A stretch of 64,000 nucleotides of DNA, taken from positions 5,860-69,859 of the forward strand of contig JABDFY010000001.1 of the NCBI GenBank assembly GCA_013286365.1. The letters run 5' to 3'. Of this stretch, positions 58,843 through 64,000 are shown in pieces (position 1 is the stretch's first letter; every line of letters starts with the position of its first letter). The notes under the pieces were generated by a model. The model had not been told where the DNA came from and searched no databases. It saw nothing but the letters and a program-made list of their open reading frames with translations. The position numbers and the translations under genes are program-made. This DNA is from Alphaproteobacteria bacterium. Its GTDB lineage: Bacteria; Pseudomonadota; Alphaproteobacteria; UBA9219.

Positions 58843-60000
58843 TCAGCCTGTGACGGGCGTCGTTTCACGCCAGCTTTTCAGCCAGCGATCAAATTCATTC
58901 GCTGGCATTGGTTTGCCCATATAAAAACCTTGAGCAAAATCACAATTTTTTTCGGCCAACATACGCCAGACACGGATATCTTCGACCCCTTCAGCTATGA
59001 TCTTGAGACCAAGATTATGGCCAAGATCAATAATGGAGTTAACGATAACCGCGCAGTCTTTGTTGTTGGCCATATCAATGACGAAACTTCGGTCGACCTT
59101 CATTTCATTAAAGGGCATACGCTGTAATTCGCGTAAGGAAGAATGTCCTGTGCCAAAATCATCGATGGCAACGCCTATGTTGCGTATGCGCATGCGCAAG
59201 AGGACATCCATTGTGCGGGTAACATCGCGCATCGCCTCTGTTTCAGTTACCTCAAGAATTAAAATTTCAGGAGGTATATTTTTTTGTTTGCACATATCTG
59301 CAATGCGATCTGGGAGACTGAGATCCAGCAACGTTGATGCGGTTATATTCATCGACAAAGTTAGACGTTCTCCGGCGTGATACCATTTGGCGGCTTGGTT
59401 CACAGAAGTCTCAACAACATGATCTGTAAATGATTGCATGAGGCCGTCATTTACGACGTGCTCTAGAAATTCCGAGGGCGGTAATGTGCCACGACTTGGA
59501 TGTGCCCATCTGGCCAAAGCCTCAGCTCCCTTTACGCGTCGGGTTGCAAGCTCGATGACCGGTTGGTAGTAGAGGACAAACTGTCCGAGGGCTATGGCGT
59601 GGGCAAGATCGGTTCCCGGCATGCTCTTGCCGCCGGCAGCAAGCTGATTAAAGGTGGCGCGCAATACGCTGATGTCCAGAGGCTTTTCGAGCGCCGCGAT
59701 AACATTTAGTCCATGGGCACTGCCAAGGCGGCGTGCGCTGTTCAAGACGCGGGCATCGCTGCCACTGATAAGGCAAATTTTAGCATCTTTGACGTGATCG
59801 GCGAGCAGACGAAGTAATTCGACACCATCTGTGCCGGGCATCATGAGATCCAGCATAATAAAGTCCGGCGTAAAGTTTTGTAGCGTACTCCTTACATTAT
59901 CTGGATTGCTGATAGTGGCGACCTCGAAACCACGGCTCGTGGCGATTTCGGCGATGGTTTCGCAGACATCTTCTTCATCGTCGATAACCAACATTCGCAT
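58843..60000 (-). CDS. Response regulator with EAL c-di-GMP phosphodiesterase domain
   Basis: REC (VIDDE, LDLMMP, EKP) then YQP, EALARW, EVTET, DDFGTGHSS, KVDRSF, AEGVE, QGF; AGGA SD before ATG 60000. Confidence 0.92.
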   Translation of the reverse strand: MRMLVIDDEEDVCETIAEIATSRGFEVATISNPDNVRSTLQNFTPDFIMLDLMMPGTDGVELLRLLADHVKDAKICLISGSDARVLNSARRLGSAHGLNVIAALEKPLDISVLRATFNQLAAGGKSMPGTDLAHAIALGQFVLYYQPVIELATRRVKGAEALARWAHPSRGTLPPSEFLEHVVNDGLMQSFTDHVVETSVNQAAKWYHAGERLTLSMNITASTLLDLSLPDRIADMCKQKNIPPEILILEVTETEAMRDVTRTMDVLLRMRIRNIGVAIDDFGTGHSSLRELQRMPFNEMKVDRSFVIDMANNKDCAVIVNSIIDLGHNLGLKIIAEGVEDIRVWRMLAEKNCDFAQGFYMGKPMPANEFDRWLKSWRETTPVTG

Positions 60001-60037
60001 GATAATTTCCTGTCTTCGGTCACAGATCGGCTGGAAG

Positions 60038-62872
60038 CTAAGCGATAGAATGGGCGGCCGCAAGCGAATCGGCGGTTTCCATATTGCGCCCGCCGGCATT
60101 TTCCTTCAACAGCGCAGCTATAGCATGCCGTACATCGCTTAAGCGATATGGCTTTTCAACAACTGGAACGGGATTTTCGTTGAGAAAGGCCTGTACGTGC
60201 GCGGATAGAGTATCGCCTGTCACGTAGATGATCTTGTGGATATATTGCGGTAATTCCTTGGCTAGGGCGGCGTGTAACCCGGGGCCATCCAGCACCGGCA
60301 TACGCAGATCGCTGACAATGACATCATAAGGGGACTGTCGCACCTTCTGTAAGGCTACGGCGCCATTGATCGCTATGTCGATCTTGTGACCTTCGGGCTC
60401 AAGTAAATCGGCCAGTGTTTGCGCGATCTCGATTTCATCATCAACCAGCAATATCTTCAAATGCGGGGGCAGCTCTATCGTTTCCTGCGCAGCTTCGCTG
60501 CTGGTTTGTTGATCGGCTTGCGCCATCGGCAATTGAATGGTGAAAGTAGCGCCGCCACCTTTTGTCTCTTCGAGTAGCAAGCGACCGCCGTGTGACTCAA
60601 CAATATTAATGCACAAAGACAACCCGACGCCGGTTCCACCCAAACTGCTTTTGGTTGTAAAAAACGGCTCAAATATGCGCGAACGGATCTCAGGCGCAAT
60701 GCCAGGCCCTGTGTCAATGACCTTAACGACAACATGTTTATTATCGTCGCTTCGGCTGTTAATTGTTAGGCGGCGTTTACCGTTCCAATTTTGCATGGCT
60801 TGTGCGGCGTTGAGGACAAGATTGGTGATGACCTGGGTCAATTGGTCGCCATCACCATTGACCTCCGGCAGCTTTGCATCCAGATCCAGCACAACTTCGA
60901 CATTTTCCATTTTAATCTGGTAACCAAGGAGCTCGAGAGCGTTATTGATAATCGAGTTAAGTTCAATTGACCTGCGTTCAGGCGGTTTGCGTCTTGCCAG
61001 TGCCAAAAAGCTTTTAACAATACGCGAACAACGGTCTGCAGCTTTGAATATTTTCTCGGCTCGCGTTATAACCTTGGGTTCCTGTGAGCCCTCGGTCAAA
61101 AGTGTCGCCTGGCCGATAATAACTGAAAGAGGGTTATTTAATTCGTGGGCCACGCCAGCGAGCAAACCGCCTAGCGCCGCCATTTTCTCGCTTTGTTGTA
61201 AGGCTTCCTGTTGTCTTGCAATTTGTGCTTCGGCACTTTTTCGTTCCGTGAGATCGTAAAGGCCGATCACCATGGCGTTCTGGTTTTGATAACTAATGGC
61301 GCGTGCCGAAAGAGCTGCTTCAAGTTTCTGCCCATCGCCACACCGTAGTGTCACTTCCTTGAGATCTATATTGAAATTATCGGCCATGGTGTTGAGAAGG
61401 CTGGCAAAATCTGATGAGTTCTCAAAGAAATTCTCAAAGCTATGATCAACCAATTCGTTCTGGGCTGTAACCAATAGTTGTCCAGTGCCCGGGCTGGCAT
61501 ACAGAACCATGCCATCGCGCGAGCGAACGATCATGACCGGTACCGGGTGGGCTTCAGTAATACTGCGAAAGCGTGCTTCACTGGCGCGCAGCGCCACTTC
61601 GCCCTGTTTTCGAGCGGTCACGTCACCCGTCGATCCGACCAAGCGGATAATTTTTCCAGTCTCGGCATCGCGGGTGGCGACGGCCTTTGAGTGCAACCAG
61701 CGTTTATTATCATCACCGCGTGAAACGCGATATTCAACGTTTATGGCATTGATGCCCGAATTTCGCCGAAAGCGACGGAGAGCTTCACGCACAACGGCGC
61801 GGTCGGAAGAGACTATTAAACGTAACCAGACTTTGAGCCCGCTGATACTATTTTCCAGCCGCATGCCGATGATTTTTTTGAATTGGTCGGAGAAAAAGAC
61901 CTCTCCGGTCTGTAGATTCCAGTCAAACAAACCTTCATTGGCGCCTTTGGTTGCAAGTGCAAAACGCTCATTGCTGATGGCCAAGGCCTTTTCTTTTTCT
62001 TCCTGCCGTGCGGCAAATTGTCCGGCTATGACGATGGCAAACATCATGGCCGCCATTGAAAAGGAAGCGTAGGTAAGATTGTTGCTGCTCTCGATATTTG
62101 AAATAAAGCCGAGATCATAAAGAGGAGCCGTAATACCGCCCATTATGAAAAACAGAAAGGCGATAATATGTGTCAAGCTACCACTAACGCCGTGGCGTAA
62201 CGTTACGACGCCAGCAGCCAGCACACAGGCGATAGTCAAGGTACCGAGGGTCGGTAAGGCAAAATGAACCAATCGTTGGTCAAAAACCGAATAAACGAGT
62301 AGGGCAATGAGTAAGCCCGCCAAAATATAAAACGGCACCCGAAACTCAGGTGCATTGGCTTCAAGTTCAAGAAAATAGTAGGTAAAAAAGATTCCGGAGA
62401 TGTACGATAAGATCATACTATAATTTTGCAGTAGATCCCGCATCACATCACGATGCATTCCGATCTGGTTCATCAAGAGATCATTCGTGCTGACCATATT
62501 GACGCCCAGGCAAAGCAATAAAAACATCAAGAAGACCTGGCCGCGATCACGGATGACAATCCAGATAAAAAAGAGATAGAAAAAGGCTGTAAGCATGACG
62601 CCGATGAAAAGACCAAAAATGAGACTGCTGACCTTTTCATCGATTGTGACGGGGGGTGGAAGCGTATCCATCGGAATGGAGGCAGCCGTTGCGATTGGGT
62701 CAGCCGCAAAAACCGACGACGCGCTGGCGATAAGCAGTATAAGGCCTAGGAAAAAGGCAAAAAATTTGCCTACCCGCATCCATTTCGCAGATGCGGGAGA
62801 AAAAAAGTCACGCAGACGAGGAAGTAAGTGGTACAATTTTCGACCTACGGAACGCTCATAACCGATGGGCAA
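60038..62872 (-). CDS. Hybrid sensor histidine kinase (7TM-DISM-like membrane domain, 2 PAS, HisKA, HATPase, REC)
   Basis: About 7 hydrophobic helices, EGLFDWN and FRSITEAHP PAS starts, AGVAHELNNPL, DTGPG, FEPFFTTK, REC LVDDE/SDLRMP; start may be 62779. Confidence 0.9.
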   Translation of the reverse strand: MPIGYERSVGRKLYHLLPRLRDFFSPASAKWMRVGKFFAFFLGLILLIASASSVFAADPIATAASIPMDTLPPPVTIDEKVSSLIFGLFIGVMLTAFFYLFFIWIVIRDRGQVFLMFLLLCLGVNMVSTNDLLMNQIGMHRDVMRDLLQNYSMILSYISGIFFTYYFLELEANAPEFRVPFYILAGLLIALLVYSVFDQRLVHFALPTLGTLTIACVLAAGVVTLRHGVSGSLTHIIAFLFFIMGGITAPLYDLGFISNIESSNNLTYASFSMAAMMFAIVIAGQFAARQEEKEKALAISNERFALATKGANEGLFDWNLQTGEVFFSDQFKKIIGMRLENSISGLKVWLRLIVSSDRAVVREALRRFRRNSGINAINVEYRVSRGDDNKRWLHSKAVATRDAETGKIIRLVGSTGDVTARKQGEVALRASEARFRSITEAHPVPVMIVRSRDGMVLYASPGTGQLLVTAQNELVDHSFENFFENSSDFASLLNTMADNFNIDLKEVTLRCGDGQKLEAALSARAISYQNQNAMVIGLYDLTERKSAEAQIARQQEALQQSEKMAALGGLLAGVAHELNNPLSVIIGQATLLTEGSQEPKVITRAEKIFKAADRCSRIVKSFLALARRKPPERRSIELNSIINNALELLGYQIKMENVEVVLDLDAKLPEVNGDGDQLTQVITNLVLNAAQAMQNWNGKRRLTINSRSDDNKHVVVKVIDTGPGIAPEIRSRIFEPFFTTKSSLGGTGVGLSLCINIVESHGGRLLLEETKGGGATFTIQLPMAQADQQTSSEAAQETIELPPHLKILLVDDEIEIAQTLADLLEPEGHKIDIAINGAVALQKVRQSPYDVIVSDLRMPVLDGPGLHAALAKELPQYIHKIIYVTGDTLSAHVQAFLNENPVPVVEKPYRLSDVRHAIAALLKENAGGRNMETADSLAAAHSIA

Positions 62873-62895
62873 GCCAAGGAGAGGTTGATCACCGG

Positions 62896-62915
62896 TAGTT
62901 AAGATTTTTTAACTA
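62896..62915. promoter_or_regulatory. Perfect 7-bp inverted repeat, candidate operator
   Basis: TAGTTAA-GATTTT-TTAACTA in the divergent kinase/maeB intergenic region. Confidence 0.4.
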
Positions 62916-63022
62916 ACAACTGATTTTATGGCTAAGTCGCTAAAATATAGTCAATATATGGGTCCCTACGCGACGAAAAGGTATAATCGTTGCTATAATC
63001 AGGGGGTTATCAGGGAGAAGCT

Positions 63023-64000
63023 ATGTCAGATCAAGATACGCGGGTGACCGACGAAGAGGCTTTGGCCATGCATGCACAGGGCCGACCCGGTAAACTCCAG
63101 ATAACCCCTACTAAACCGTTAACGACCCAACGCGACTTATCGTTGGCCTATTCTCCCGGGGTCGCGGCACCGTGTTTACGGATCTATGAAGATCCCAACA
63201 CGGCCTACGATTACACAACGCGTGGCAATATGGTCGCCGTCGTTTCTAACGGTACTGCCGTATTGGGGCTAGGCAATCTTGGCGCCCTGGCCTCAAAACC
63301 AGTGATGGAAGGTAAGGCGGTGCTGTTCAAACGTTTTGCCGATGTCGATTGCATCGATCTTGAAGTGAACACAGAAGATGTCGAAGAGTTCATCAACTGT
63401 GTTCGTTTTCTTGGTCCTTCGTTCGGTGGAATAAATCTCGAGGACATTAAATCACCCGAGTGTTTCATTATCGAACAGCGCTTACGTGAATTGATGGATA
63501 TACCGGTTTTTCACGACGATCAACACGGCACAGCCATTATTGCTGCCGCTGGACTGTTGAATGCACTCGACATAACGGGTCGTAATATTAAGAAAACAAA
63601 AGTTGTCATGAACGGCGCCGGTGCCGCTGCGATTGCTTGTGCGGAATTGTTCAAAAGTTTGGGACTTCCGCACCAGAATTTGGTCATGTGCGACACCAAC
63701 GGTGTCATTTATAAGGGTCGAACTAAGTCCATGAATCAATGGAAATCAGCCTATGCCATTGAAACCAAAGAGCGCACACTGTTGGATGCCATGAAAGGCG
63801 CTGATGTGTTTGTTGGTTTGTCGGTCAAAGGCTGTGTGTCGGCTGAAATGGTCAAGGCGATGGGTAAGAATCCAATAATTTTCGCCATGGCTAATCCAGA
63901 TCCCGAAATTACCCCAGAGGAAGTGCGCAGCATTCGTAAAGATGCTATTGTAGCCACAGGCCGCTCCGACTACCCTAACCAGATAAATAATGTTCTAGGG
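63023..64000 (+). CDS. maeB: NADP-dependent malic enzyme, truncated by window end; not in the ORF track
   Basis: [25 protein letters not shown]..., [51 protein letters not shown]. Confidence 0.93.
   Translation, partial: MSDQDTRVTDEEALAMHAQGRPGKLQITPTKPLTTQRDLSLAYSPGVAAPCLRIYEDPNTAYDYTTRGNMVAVVSNGTAVLGLGNLGALASKPVMEGKAVLFKRFADVDCIDLEVNTEDVEEFINCVRFLGPSFGGINLEDIKSPECFIIEQRLRELMDIPVFHDDQHGTAIIAAAGLLNALDITGRNIKKTKVVMNGAGAAAIACAELFKSLGLPHQNLVMCDTNGVIYKGRTKSMNQWKSAYAIETKERTLLDAMKGADVFVGLSVKGCVSAEMVKAMGKNPIIFAMANPDPEITPEEVRSIRKDAIVATGRSDYPNQINNVLG

Noticed and set aside
61485-62072. Long antisense ORFs such as this 195-aa one, 15693-16310 and 47469-48068
   Set aside because: Lie fully opposite well-supported genes and have no motifs; typical shadow frames.
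1-64000. tRNA, rRNA, CRISPR, IS or prophage genes
   Set aside because: None recognised; intergenic gaps are short and show no cloverleaf or repeat arrays by eye. A covariance-model scan would be needed to exclude small ncRNAs.

Overview
Gene-dense chromosomal window from an alphaproteobacterium; gene order resembles Rhodospirillales/Micavibrio-like lineages (inference from synteny). About 50 CDS, mostly housekeeping: prfA/prmC, ispG, rodZ, lysC, ubiG, recO, parC, rlmN, hisS, pyrC, ribF-ileS-lspA, M16 protease pair, pgi, mutL, purD, xseA, lpxK/waaA, pmbA, and partial slt and maeB at the edges. I see no rRNA, tRNA, CRISPR array, integrase or transposase. Best candidates for something new: (1) a two-gene insert between recO and parC encoding a YbaK/ProX-like tRNA-editing domain fused to an Asp/Glu-racemase fold lacking both catalytic cysteines, next to a short single-domain asparaginase; (2) an orphan tandem pair of divergent PilT-like ATPases between pyrC and an atypical orotate-PRT-like gene; (3) an atypical hisS that appears to have replaced the native copy missing from the ispG-prfA junction. 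Several housekeeping genes show a leaderless-promoter pattern, and several usually syntenic genes are absent. All homology calls come from motif recognition, not database searches.
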